NCBI RefSeq assembly: GCF_001447785.1
Contig: NW_015170315.1
Span: 26,035 to 90,034 of the forward strand
DNA from: Gekko japonicus
Taxonomy: Eukaryota
DNA length: 64,000 nucleotides
Direction of reading: 5' to 3'
Shown here: positions 24,662 through 37,649 of the stretch, piece after piece
Layout: every line of letters starts with the position of its first letter
How positions within the stretch are numbered: the first letter of the stretch is position 1
Notes under the pieces: generated by a model
Databases searched by the model: none
Seen by the model: only the letters and a program-made list of their open reading frames with translations
What the model was told of the DNA's origin: nothing
Program-made: the position numbers and the translations under genes

Positions 24662-27600
24662 ACCCACAATCCTCCAAATAAGTGTGGTCACCATTTTGTG
24701 TGAATAGGGCTGGGCATATTTTTCTATGGACATACACCTTCACTATGTGAAAATGAATACTCTCAAAAATCCAGTTAACTTTGTGTTCTGTTTGCACATA
24801 ATGAAGCTGGAAAATATGCACTATTCACACAAAATGGTGACTGTATATCAGGAAAATTGTGGATAGCACACAATCGCATTATGTGTGGTTGGTGTGTAGC
24901 CTTACCAGATCTCCTGCTAGAGTGGGACAACACCTACCCCGGCCCCCACTGCTACTCTGTGGAGCAGTGGAAGCAAAATTGGGGGGAAATCAGCAAAATC
25001 ATGCTGCAGTGCCACTTCCAACATGAACCCAGAAGTGACATCAATGCATTGGGGCATTGATTTAGAATCCTAGAATGTCACATCAACACAATGACATTTT
25101 CAGGTTTGCACTAGAAGTGACGATGTGGCGTTGGTGCAATGTTGATCATCAGGCTGTGCTTCCTCTGTCTCTTGGGGGTACTAAGCTAGCAATCCTGTAA
25201 TGTGTGCCAAAATCATATATCTGAAAAAAGACTAATGTGAACAGTCTACACATAGGAAGAATGCAGGATTGCATCCAGTTGCTGTCCAGGCCTCTTAAGT
25301 GCACCTGTGAAAAAAGTCCATGTCTGTACAAGCTACACATATATACATATACACTGACTGAGGATCCTGCCTTTTGCACACAGGACTGTACATGAACAGG
25401 TTATGATGAACACATGTAGGAGGTACAGGCAGGGCCCTTGCCCTACAATCCCATTAACCTACATGTGTGCAGACTGCACACACTTTGTAATATGTGCATA
25501 GTCCCACTCAGTTGGACCGTTTGTCCATCTAGCTGAGTCCTGTCTCCTGTGACTAGCGACAGTTCTCCAAGATCTCAGGCAGATTTTCAGAGCCTAATAT
25601 CCAAGACCCACTAAATGAAGATACAGGTGACTGAATCTTTTGCATATAAATCAACCACCCTGCCACTGAGCTATGGTTTCCTCTGCATCCTAGTACATGC
25701 CTCAAGCTTTGCTGCCATCCACTCTGAGAAATATGTCCTTACGGGGAAAAATATTACCACAAGGATGAAGTATGAGCTTGATGGTGCTTAACACACAAAC
25801 AAGATTACTCAAAAGGGGGGAAAGGGGTGGGGGGTGGGAGAACACCAAGCCTGGCTTGCTCTTGTGCTTTGAGCAGTCACTTGCAGGTTGTTTCCGTATG
25901 GAGGTTTGGCTCAGTCTGGCATTCAAACAGAAGTGTTTTGGCTTTCTTTGTGGGTTTCCCCATGCTTTGCCGCATATTTCCCCAACTTGGTTTGATACAA
26001 ACTTTTTGAATGCCATGTGGATGGGAAGGTGAGCATTTCTGAAGTTCCTGCCCACCTTCACTCTATCTGCTGATTTTTGTCACAATCCTAGCAGTTACCA
26101 CCTTCAAAGTCCATTGAAGTCAATGGGCTTAAAAAGGTGTACCTCTCTTTAGGATTGCAACAAAAATCAGTGGAATGAGCTTTTTACATAGGGAGATAAA
26201 ACATTACCTGTTAATGATGGTACACCAAACTGATGCTAAAGGCAGTGGCTAACTGAAATGTTGGCAACTCTAACACAATAGCAACTCACCCTTTTTCAGT
26301 CTTCTGAAGGTACAAACAATTTTTCTCAGACTGAACGTAGCATTTGTGGGCACAGAGACAAATTATGAAAAACCTCTCACAAAAGACTTATTGTGCTTTG
26401 TTACGGTTTCAATCATAACTAATGGAGGTGCCTTAGAGACAAAGGTTAGGTGTGTTTAAGCCACATGGAAAAACAAGCCCATTGAAATTCCTCTTTGACC
26501 CCTTTTATCTCTGAAATTCCAACCTGCTGATCCCTGATCTGAAAATATTCTGTTTTTAATATTTTTCTCTGCCCTAGTTCTCACTTGTGTATGAAGTTAT
26601 AAATCTTTTCTAGGACTGTACCTATTCAGGTATACTTTCTGGCTCCTCCAAACCAATTCTGGCAGAATCAGTTAAGAGTTTGGGGGGGTTGCTAGATTCT
26701 CCCCTCATATTAGCTAAAAGGCAAGCAAGGTCAGTTGCTCACAAGGAAACTGGCTTCTTAAATGGGATCTGCTGATCTGGCCACACCTACCTGTTCCATG
26801 GTAGTCTTTGATGCTAGACTACTGTAATATGCTGTACATGGAGCTGCCTTTGAGAACAATTTGGAAGTTACAACTTGTGAAAAATGTGGTGGCCTGTTGA
26901 TTGGTTGGTGCTAGTTATAATACAATTATACTACAATAAATGCTGTAAACCGCTCAGAGACCCTTCGGGGTCAGAGCGGTATATAAGCCGTGTTGGTGCT
27001 AGCTATAATACAATTATCATCGTAGACAGTATAGTGGTCAGAGTGTCTGACTCGGATCTGGGAGACCCAGGTGTGAATCCCCACTCTGCCATGAAAGCTC
27101 ACTGGGTGACCTTGGGCCAGTCATTTGCTCTCAGTCTTTGAAGTTGGGAAGAAAGGCAGGGTATACATGAAGGAAGTGAATAAACATTGCATTGGTTCTG
27201 GTGTTTACCTCTAAAGCTCTGTTTGGCCTGGGACCCACATAGGAAGTCATACAGCAGCAATGCTCTTCCAGTCAGGGACTCTTAGTTGTCTATTCCTGTA
27301 AACTGATGAGATCTGCCTCTATTTATTGACAGGACTTTTCTGTACTTGCCCCTTCCTTGTGGAATGGCCTTCTAGAGGAGGTTTATTCATTTTATTTTTC
27401 TCTTTTATTCATTTATAGGCTGCCCTCACTAAAACTCAAGGTAGATTACAAAGAACTAAAAAAATTCAATCAGACAGCATAAGACATCAAGTAAACAACA
27501 AGGAGTACTAGGATTCCAGAACTGCAAAACAATGCAACCCCCTCACCCCTATCAAAAAGGAAATTTCACACTACTCCTTACCTCACTTTTTCTCCATTTA

Positions 27601-27721
27601 TGCCTCCTCTTTTTTTGAAGTGGGATGGGAATGGAGATTTCAGATAGCATTTAAAAGGAGGAGGAGGGAAAGGGGTAGTCAGCCCTTAAAAGGAATGCAC
27701 TGCAAACATTCCAGCTGAGCC

Positions 27722-28030
27722 GCAGAAGCAAAGTAGCTCCTTCTTGCTAGGAGAAAAGGTCGGCAAAAAGAGATTAGATTTGTAGAGATTAAGTTCCCAC
27801 AGTCGGCCAACAGCTATATAAAAGAGAAACACTGCCTCAAAGGTGGTATGGAAAAGGGAAGGGAGACAAGCAGAAGCAAAGTAGCTCGTTCACAAAACTA
27901 ATTTCTTGCTAGGAGAAAAGATCGGCAAAGAGAGATTATATTTGCAGAGATTAAGTTCCCACAGTCGGCCAACAGCTATATCAAAGAGAAACACTGCCTC
28001 AAAGGTGGTATGGAAAAGGGAAGGGAGACA
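27722..28030. repeat. Diverged tandem duplication of about 150 bp
   Basis: gcagaagcaaagtagctc...gggagacaa occurs twice; the second copy has an extra segment of about 13 bp. Confidence 0.92.
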
Positions 28031-28499
28031 AGAACATGAAATGGAAAAGCAACCTTGGGTGAGAAAGGCACAACCCCTTCTGCTACACTTTAGCAGCAAA
28101 ACGAAGGCAAAAAGCTTATTTGGAAGCACCTTAAGGCATAACATACTATAATGCAGAACGTAGGTTACAAAGGTAGAAGATAATGAATTTAAGGTGATAC
28201 CTAAAGTAAGCATTGCAATCAACCACAGTCCTATTCCCTCATAAAAGCTACCTCCTGAGCTGTTTCAGTATACAGCAATTCTAACCCCTTTATGAAAATG
28301 CCCTCCTGAAAAGTTCTGTTTTGCATATTCTTTGAAATAATAGAAATCAGGAGGCCTTCCTGACTTCCTCAGGTAGGCCATTTCACAAGGTGGGAGCTAA
28401 CACAGAGAATAAATGTGAATGGGCAGCTGCCAATTTTATGCATATGCAGGGTGGCACTTTTAGAAGGCTCAGCTCAAATGCATGAAGCTGTCATGGCAG

Positions 28500-29200
28500 A
28501 GCATAGCAACGGATGCAGTCCTGCGCATGTATCTGGGTCCAAGGCCATTTAGGGCTTTGTAGGTGAAAAACCTCTGGCCTGGATAGCCCAGGCTAGTCTG
28601 ACCTTGCCAGGTCTTGGAAACTAAGCAAGGTCAGCCCTAGTTAGTATTTGGATGGGAGACTTCCAAGGAATACAAGGATTGTGATGCGGAGTCAGGCAAT
28701 GGCAAACCACCTCTTAATGTGTCTTGCCTTGGAAACCCTACAGGGTGGCCATAAGTCAGCTGTGCCTTGACGGCACTTTCCACCACCACCAGGTGATAAC
28801 CACAACCTTGAATTGAACTGGGTAACTGATTGGTAGCTAATGGAGTGACTGCAGAATGGGTGTGACATACATGATCTACTTAGTGCCTGACAGCAACCGG
28901 GCTGTGGAGTTCTGCACTAACTGGAGTTTCCAAGATGACTGCAAGGGCAGGCTCATGTAGAATACACTACAATAGTCTAGCCTTGATGTAAGTATAGCAT
29001 GGATCCATGTGGCTAGATCAGTCAATGCAAGGTAGGGAGCCATTTTCTGGGCTAAATAAAACTGAATAATGCATTTTCTGGCAGCTCCGTTTGCTTCTCT
29101 AGAATAATGCTGGACCCAGTATAACCCTTATGCTCTTAACTGCATTAGTATCAGTTGAACTTCATCAAAAGTGGGAAGAACAATGTCCTTCAAGACTTCA
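28500..29200 (-). mobile_element. Old L2 fragment with an inserted 5S-SINE
   Basis: Reverse complement gives decayed LDYC..LPLQSSWKLQLVQN and QLP..FQ.QFKV-like motifs. Confidence 0.65.
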
Positions 29201-31739
29201 GCCTTCCAAACCAACAAGGAAGGCCTTGATTTGGTTCAATTCTGGAAGCTATGCAAGGCTAAATGTATAAAGAAAGCTTTTTGCATAGAGGTTAGGTTTT
29301 AAAAGAGTTGTCTTTCATTATTTATATTTCATGTGGAATTTTATCTTTTTAAATGATTTTCATTTTTGTAAGCCTCCTTGATCCATATGGAGAGAGGTGG
29401 CATATAAGTTATTTAAACAAATAATAGAACTTAATAAACAATACTACAAAACTCCCTAAAGGAAATGGTTTGCATCAGAGAGGCAGCTAGGTCAGAACCC
29501 TGCTTCCCGACGTCTAGTTTTCTTTAAACAGGGATTTAAAAAATATATATATATGGATATCGAACTGAGACACTACATGTTACAAATCATGACCATATAG
29601 TTTGACCCTGAGTTGTGTAAAATTTTCTGTTACAGAGAATTTTGCCTTGAAAGGGTTCCTGATACCCATTGAGAAGAGACAACAGTAAATTATAAACAAG
29701 AATGTCTCTTTGTTCAAAAGAATGGTAAAAACAACCAAGGCAATTAGTTATGGCCAATGGGACAGATGATGGACAGAAGGAAGCTTCAGGCTTTACCATA
29801 TAGGTGAAATTAACATGAGGTATGCAGAGAAAGATTACCACAGATGGCAAGAGTGACTGCAAAGCTTCCCCTTCTGTGGGCTGTTTATTATTACAGGGTT
29901 TTTATTGTGCCATGGATAGAGTCCCTGCTTCTGTGGTTTCTGTATTTGCAGGGGAACTAAGCAAAGACGTTATCTCAAAGCAACTATTCATACAAATAAA
30001 TCCTACTTAGCTTCAGTCTTTTGTACAATAAAAAGATTAATCAGACCCTGAACCAAACTCAAAGTGGCCAATAGGGACTCTGGCTAGTTTAGGGTTCTTT
30101 GATTTTGGCTGGAAAGAGACGGTAGGTTTTTCTGATCTGACAGAGGCATCTTTTTGTTTGAAGGATTTAGTCTTTTAAAAATTGATTTTATGTATGTTTT
30201 ACAACCCGAGGACTGTGCTATGGATATCATTTTAGGTAGCTTAAACCTGGTTTTTATGGCTTGCAAGGTAACAGCGTTCCATGCGGCTCGGTATTTAGTT
30301 ATGTCGGCCACATGACCACGGAGAAGTCTTAGTATTTAGTTATGTTGGCCATATGACCACGGAGAAGTCTTCGGACAGTGCTGGCTCTTTGGCTTGGAAA
30401 CGGAGATGAGTACCGCACCCTACAGTCTGATTTGACTGGTTTTCGAACAAGGGAAACCTTTACCTTTACTTTAGCACTGATAGTGGTGCCCACTAATAGA
30501 TTTTGTGGTGTCCACTTCTTTCTCTTCTTTCCAAAGCTACTCTTCCTCCAAGCAAAGAGCCATTCCTGGATTTACCATACTTCGCTGGAGCAAGAGGTGA
30601 TTCAGAAGAGTCCACCAGGTGTTGGCTGGCTGCACCCATTTCAAAACAACTGCCTCCTGATCATAGAAGGATGTTTGGCTAAGAAACTCTCAACATTTTG
30701 TGACTACGCTTCAGACCTCATGGAGCCATTCTGTGGATGGTGGTGCCCCCTGTGGGGTAATGCCCTCTTCCCATCCTCAGAATTCCTAAAGTGCCCACAG
30801 ACACAACAACTGGCTCTAACCAGTAGGCAACAACTACCCTGACCTCTGTTTGCAGCCATCTAATGGCTTGTTTTATCTGAACTGTTCGGATGCTGCATCT
30901 TTAAAGGCGTTCCACATTTTGAATCTTGAGGGGACCACCCAAAGTCCATCATCTGGTTTGAATTTACATTTGGCAAGGTCAATGGGGAATTGCTTAGGGG
31001 AGCTCAACGGACCAGATCTGTGATCTCTGGCACATGGTACATATTTAGGATTACAAGGAATAATGCATAGCTTTTGACATTTATTATTTTACTGAATCCA
31101 TACAAAGCTTTGAATATTGTGCTGTATTATTTGTCATGTCTGCAACTTTCATGTCTCTGCACATTCTCTAAAGCCTTTTGTTTCAGCAGCAAATTTATAC
31201 GACTTTGAAAAACAGTGCAAGGAAACAAAGCAAGAACAAGCATGGCTAGTTGAGCATAAGGTAAAGGTAAAGGTTTCCCTTGCTCCGAAGAGCCGAAGAC
31301 TTCACACGTACACATTTCCCCCCATTTTCAAACTATTTTGCATACACTGGCTTAGTAATCTTCAGGTAAGGCAGGTTATCTCCAACTTGAGGAATAAGAG
31401 CCATAGATGACAGACAGCAGTCTGCTAGCAGGGCTGATGAAATGTTGAGGGATAGGGGTACAAATCTCACAGCACCCAGTTGTTCTGGGTGTTTCCAGAA
31501 ACCAGAAAAAGTACTGGTGGAAGATATTAACACCATACCTATTCTACTCAAGCATCTTGTGTGTGTGCTACTGAATGGGGAGGGAATCTGTTTGGGGAGT
31601 CTCTAAATGGGAATCTTTGGGGATCCCATGGAAGCTCTCAGTAGCCCTACCTGCCACATGTACTGCAATGATTACTCAGAAATAACTCCAACAGACTTCA
31701 CTGAGAGCTGCTACCTTGTAAATGTATGTGGCAAATCCA

Positions 31740-32268
31740 GGGTGCAGTCACACTGCTGGCTTGGCATGATATGGTGGTGCCTCTAATTGCACCAGCTTAA
31801 AGTGTTGCAGGGCATACCAACCAGACAGCACACCCTGCTGCGAGTTACCTGTGTGGCTGTCCCATGGTCAAGCATCCACAGTAGAGTTGCGCATCAGCCA
31901 TGGCACGCGCTGTGCTGGTTGGAGTTTGTTTTTAAAAATCACCATTGTGCACGTGCATAAGTGAACAACTGCTTCTGTTAGCTAGCTCCACAACCCATTA
32001 ATGAGACAGAAGTGCCTGTTTACACTTCCCTTCTGGGTTCCTTTTTCACCAGGAGAGTTCAGACGTTGGACAAAATGGAGTGGAAGCGCTACTATCCCTT
32101 ACTACTGGACTTTCCCCAGTACATCATTACTCTGGTTCTAACACACAAAGTGGAATGGGCTACCGATGACTGGGCCACGGAAGGCAGATGTTGTCATCTG
32201 ATCGAGCCCTTTAAATCCGCACAGGTAACGCGAGTATGTCACGACAAACTGCTTGTGTGACTGCAGCC
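31740..32268. mobile_element. Harbinger-like non-autonomous element
   Basis: TIRs gggtgcagtcacac/gtgtgactgcagcc; TSD cca. Confidence 0.7.
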
Positions 32269-32519
32269 CCACATTCAAAACCAGGACTTCTTAGTTTACA
32301 ATTCTTGTGCAACCATCTTTCACGTTGACACCAACAGTTTTTAAAATGCCTAATCTAACCTGGATCACATCCTTTGTGTTTCCTGTGGCTTCAGAGAAAT
32401 GATTAATTGCCTTCTCACTTGTGACAAGAGCAAATATTTGCACATTTATCCTACTGCTCATAATGATTAAAAGTTAATCAAAGCCAGAATGGCTATTTTT
32501 AAGGCTGATTTGTCCTGAG

Positions 32520-32815
32520 TGTGTGAGTGTCAAGTGTTGCTGAGTCGCTTCTGACTAATGGTGACCCTATGAATTAACATCCTCCAAAACGTTCTGTTGT
32601 TAACAGCCTTGCTCAGGTCTTGGAAACTGGGGTCCAGGGTTTCCCTGATTGAGTCCATCCATCTTATGTTAGGTCTTCCTCGTTGCCTGCTGCCTTCAAC
32701 TTTTCCTAGCATGATTGTCCTTTCCAGTGACTCTTGTCTTCTCATAATGCGACCAAAGTACAATACTCTCAGTTTAGTCAGTTTAGTTTCTAGGGAGAGT
32801 TCAGGCTTGATTTAG
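32520..32815 (-). mobile_element. RTE/Bov-B-like LINE 3' end
   Basis: YFGRIMRRQESLERTIMLGKVEGSRQRGRPNIRWMDSI...FWRMLIHRV, typical of an RTE RT C-terminus. Confidence 0.92.
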
Positions 32816-33008
32816 TCAAATCTCATAATATTTGGAACTTTTCTTAAAACCTCAGAGCCAGAATCCTGAGTTCTGATGTATGAATGCCCCATCCTCAGGT
32901 TTTTTTTCTGATGCTTTTGCATGCTCTTCCCCATACCTTCACTGTTGAAAAATGTTTCCAAACACGTACCAAGAGACGAATAAGGAAGAAAAACAAAGCC
33001 CTTCCCTT

Positions 33009-34440
33009 GCCCTTTACAGATGTGAATAAAAGGCCAAGAAGGTGCAAATAATTTTTCAATTATGTAAAGTTAGAATTTGATGGACACATTTCATGATTGA
33101 TGTTTCTGCTTGAACACAGTCTTCCTTGCCACCTCCTCTTCTGTGCTTGCATGAACATGAAGATCTTAAGGCAAATTAGATGGAAGCCTGATTCTGACCT
33201 GCCAACGAAATTCCATGCAATTAAGCACATTGCTACATAAAGCAACGACATACTATTAAAGTCCAGTTCATGCGCCAGCTGATCAAGTGCTCTTAGCAGC
33301 TTATGAGTATTGCTGGTGTTCAAATCACCCTTGTTTACATTTGTAGGAATCACATGAATTTCAGCAGATCCTGGGTTGGATTCCCTTCACACTTACGCAC
33401 AATTACTCCTGTTTAACCCAATTTAGCTGCTTGAAGCGGAGGCCAAAGGTCAGCCAGATGTCTTTTGTTGGAGCTGATACATCAAGCGGGTGGAAAGTAT
33501 ATTAGGACCTTGGAGATAAAAAAGGTCCAAACTACACAAAATATTGGCGTTCCAAGATTGAAATGCCAGATGTGTTGACCCTAAAATGTAACAGGGGTCC
33601 CCGATATGGATTTGGGCTGCAACACTGGAAAAGGGAGGAACTTAATTCTTTCCCCATCCTCACCCTCTGATATTTCCTCAATCCAAAACATTGATTATGC
33701 CCCAAAGGCAAAAAATATCTGTATGCCCTTTACAGATGTGAATAAAAGGCCAAGAAGGTGCAAATAATTTTTCAATTATGTAAAGTTAGAATTTGATGGA
33801 CACATTTCATGATTGATGTTTCTGCTTGAACACAGTCTTCCTTGCCACCTCCTCTTCTGTGCTTGCATGAACATGAAGATCTTAAGGCAAATTAGATGGA
33901 AGCCTGATTCTGACCTGCCAACGAAATTCCATGCAATTAAGCACATTGCTACATAAAGCAACGACATACTATTAAAGTCCAGTTCATGCGCCAGCTGATC
34001 AAGTGCTCTTAGCAGCTTATGAGTATTGCTGGTGTTCAAATCACCCTTGTTTACATTTGTAGGAATCACATGAATTTCAGCAGATCCTGGGTTGGATTCC
34101 CTTCACACTTACGCACAATTACTCCTGTTTAACCCAATTTAGCTGCTTGAAGCGGAGGCCAAAGGTCAGCCAGATGTCTTTTGTTGGAGCTGATACATCA
34201 AGCGGGTGGAAAGTATATTAGGACCTTGGAGATAAAAAAGGTCCAAACTACACAAAATATTGGCGTTCCAAGATTGGAATGCCAGATGTGTTGACCCTAA
34301 AATGTAACAGGGGTCCCCGATATGGATTTGGGCTGCAACCCTGGAAAAGGGAGGAACTTAATTCTTTTCCCATCCTCACCCTCTGATATTTCCTCAATCC
34401 AAAACATTGATTATGCCCCAAAGGCAAAAAATATCTGTAT
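33009..34440. repeat. Tandem duplication, 2 x 716 bp (33009-33724 and 33725-34440)
   Basis: Identical ORFs at 33060 and 33776, offset 716 bp. About 3 mismatches seen by eye. Confidence 0.97.
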
Positions 34441-34901
34441 TCTGCTTGCCTTCATTTCTATATCAGGGCGCGGGGGACCATATTGAAATGGGGAAACAGC
34501 AAGGGAGAAAGAGTTAACCCTCCTTCCCCATCACTCTGCCTGTGGTCCATATTGCCTCCCCCCCACCTGCAGCTTTTTAGGGCTGAATCACAGACTTGGG
34601 AGTTTTAAATCTCAGAACTCTCACATCACTTGTTTGGTCCTGAAGCTTGCTTCTTATGGTGGTGGTGGTGGTGGGAAGGGCCCTCAAGTCCCAGCTGACT
34701 TACAGGGATGCTGTAGGGTTTTCAAGGCAAGAGGCGTTCAGAAGTTTTTTGCCACTGCCCGCCTCTGCATTGCAACCCTGGACTTCCTTGATGGTCTCCC
34801 ACTGAGGTACTACCCAGGACCGATCCTGCTTAGCTTCTGAGATCTGACAAGGCCAGGCTAGCCAGAACCATCCAGGTCTGGGAGTTTCTTATGTTCCTAG
34901 G

Positions 34902-35200
34902 CCAGTGATCCCCAACGTGTGCCCTTGGGGGCCATGGCAACCGTCAACACCTTTCCTGGCACCCGCCAAGTGTTTTTAGAAAGTGGGCAGGGCCAAGCGG
35001 GGCTTTTGTTGATTGGCCACTGGAGATTTGTTTGGCTGTGCAGATTTGTAAAAACATCGCTTTGGCAGCAACTGTTACCCAGCACAAGAATCTTCACTGT
35101 GTGACTGAAGGGAAGCTGCTGCAGCCATTTCATGACTGTGCCCAACAGACTGTGTCAGGATTCCAAACGCCTGCAGGCTGAAAAAGGTTGGGGGACCCTG
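34902..35200. mobile_element. hAT (Charlie-like) MITE; partial relative at 1300-1555
   Basis: Ends cagtgatccccaac/gttgggggaccctg; internal sequence shared with 1300-1555. Confidence 0.7.
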
Positions 35201-36005
35201 TCCAGCCTATAAGGGGCCTTACAGGCCGTCTTTTCCAGCTTCTTGTTCAATGCAGGAAATCCAAACCTAGATTGATGGTTGCTCAAGTTCTGCTTTTTAA
35301 ACCTTCAGCAAGGGAGAGTCCTCTCCCAGGTAATTGATTCTGTTGTCAGACTGCTCTTTCCACTAGGAAGTTTCTCCTGTCGGTCTAGCTCATTAGATCT
35401 AATGTCTCCAGGTTGAACACGCCCAGTTCATTTTCCTCATAGGACTTGTTTCCCATACCTCAAGTCATCATTTTTGTCTTCCTCTGAACCCATTCCAGTT
35501 TGTCTGCATCGTTCCCAGAACTAGAATCCGGACACAGTCCTTCAGGTGAGGTGTGACTAGCCCAAAAGTAGAGTGTAAAGCTTGCTTCTCATGACCTGGA
35601 TGCTATGGAGGAGGAGGAAGAGGAGGAGTTGAATTTATACCCAGCCCTTCACTCGGAGTCTCAGGGTGGCTTACAATCACCTTCCCTTTCTCTCCTCACA
35701 ACAGACAGGTGGGGCTGAGTGAGCTCTGAGAGAACTGCTCTTGAGAGAACAATGACTGACCCAAGGTCACCCAGCTGGCTGCATGTGAAGGAGTGGGGAA
35801 TCAAACCCAGTTTTCCAGATTAGAGTCCACCGCTCTTAACCACTACACCGAACAGGCTCTCAACATAGCCTAAAATCACATTAGCCTTTTTGGCAGTCGT
35901 GTCACACTGCTGGCTCATGCTCAGATTGTGACTGACCACGACCTGTTTCACACATACTACTGCCAAGCCAGGTCTTCTCCATCCTATATTTGTACATTTT
36001 ATTCT
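35200..36005 (-). mobile_element. Old CR1 fragment split by a tRNA SINE (35608-35860)
   Basis: KYRMEKTWLGSSMCE / HNLSMSQQCDTTAKKANVILG are CR1 RT motifs. Confidence 0.75.
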
Positions 36006-36044
36006 TTTTTGAATAAATACAGATTTCTGTACCGACACTGATAG

Positions 36045-36668
36045 ACAGATTCAGGCGGACAGCCATGTTGATCTGAAGCAGCAGAGCAAAGTTTGAGCCC
36101 AGTGGCACCTTTAAGACCAACAGAGCCCCCGGTCACACGGGAGGATTTGATCTGCAAAAGGGACGGATCAGGGGCACATCAAGTGGGCGCGATCACACCA
36201 CAACATCTGGGAAGTGGCGCGCACCTGTCCCTGATCCGTCTCTTCCGGCCGAAGATGCGGAGTTAAAATAAACCTGCAAAGCAATAGTACCTACCGGAAA
36301 ATCCGTGGCACGGGCGGCTGTGTGATCGCCGATGCGCCCGTCTCCCGCAGATTGCAAGGCCCCCTGCCGAACTGCACAGGCGCACACATGCGCAGCTGAC
36401 TCGCCTCGCTCTCCTGTCCGTGGCTTCCCCCTCGCATCTGATCACGCTGGGGAGTATATGCGTGGCGGCTCGGGGATCTGTCTGACATCTGATCCCGCTG
36501 CCACACTTCTCTTTTGCTGCGGCTCTAAAAAGCCGCACTTCTGCCCCTGCTTTTCCTGCGGTGTGACCGGGGCCAGAGTTAGCTTTTGTGTGCATGCACA
36601 CTCAAGCTTATACCCAAAATAAAAATTTGTTGGTGTTAAAGGTGCCACTGGACTCAAACTTTGTTCTG
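36045..36668. mobile_element. Penelope-like foldback interrupted by a Harbinger-like MITE
   Basis: Arms cagtggcacctttaagaccaac and gttggtgttaaaggtgccactgg, centre gtgtgcatgcacac. Confidence 0.7.
36125..36574. mobile_element. Harbinger-like MITE
   Basis: TIRs gcccccggtcacac/gtgtgaccggggcc; 3-bp TSD aga. Confidence 0.8.
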
Positions 36669-37649
36669 ATAAATAATTTGCTGATACCTAATTGTAAAAA
36701 GATGTTGTTGTGAGTTCTTTATTAGAAAATGGCAAACACGAGATCTCACAAAAGTTATACACACATACACACACATGGGAGCGCTCAGAACTACTGTTTT
36801 AGTGCAGAGGCATAAATTGGTGCATGGTTCCCTACTGTTCACCTCTATCGCTTCCCTTTCTGTAAAGCATCAAAGACTCGTAGTCCCATGAAACTCTTTT
36901 CATAACACTCCCTTCGCAGCTGGTTAGCCTAGCATCCTACCTACGCTTCCAATATAGCTTAATCTGAGTATTTCATTTTCTCTTTAAAAAAAGCCATATT
37001 TGGTTCTGTCCTGAGCCACTGTTAGCTCTGGGGCCACAGAGTGCATACCCTTCCCTGAATAATTTCCACCAGGGTAGGTGTTGGGGAAGCAGTGTTTTTG
37101 TTTGGTGAAGCAGAACTTTGTATATCCAAAGGAAGTAGTTGGGAAGCTAATCTGCTGCCAACCTGAGACTGTATAGTGTAAAACTTTCTGCGAAATTTAG
37201 GAACCACAGAGATTTTGGGCATAAGATTTTTTAGGGGTGCCAGGTTGGTCATTCACCCTTTAAAATTAAAAAAACTTGGGGGGGGGTTTGCAGTGTTGAT
37301 TGAAAAAGTCATAAGGTTTTTCTTGTTGACTGTTGCGTTTATGACTTTGGAAGCAGCCTCTTCAGTCATGGGCTTCCGTCTATCACATTTGTATCTTGCA
37401 TTTCTACCAAGGATCACACCAAGAGCATGGTTCCCTCCCCCCTCCACTGCATACTTGCAATAACTCTGACAGGCAGGTCTGGTTGAGAGACAGGTAGGCC
37501 CAAGACGACTCTCTGCACCTGATGGCTGAGTTTCGTAGGTCTGCTCACTCTGGCCAGTACTCCAGAGTGCCTTGTGATTTAAAGTCAGTCCAAAGGCTCC
37601 CAAGCGTGGATAGGAAGGGCTGCAGCTCCAATTCACAGTATTGACTGAG

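Noticed and set aside
33060-34069. Duplicated 97-aa ORF as a gene pair
   Set aside because: Non-ATG start, no recognisable domain and no splice structure; a by-product of the tandem duplication.
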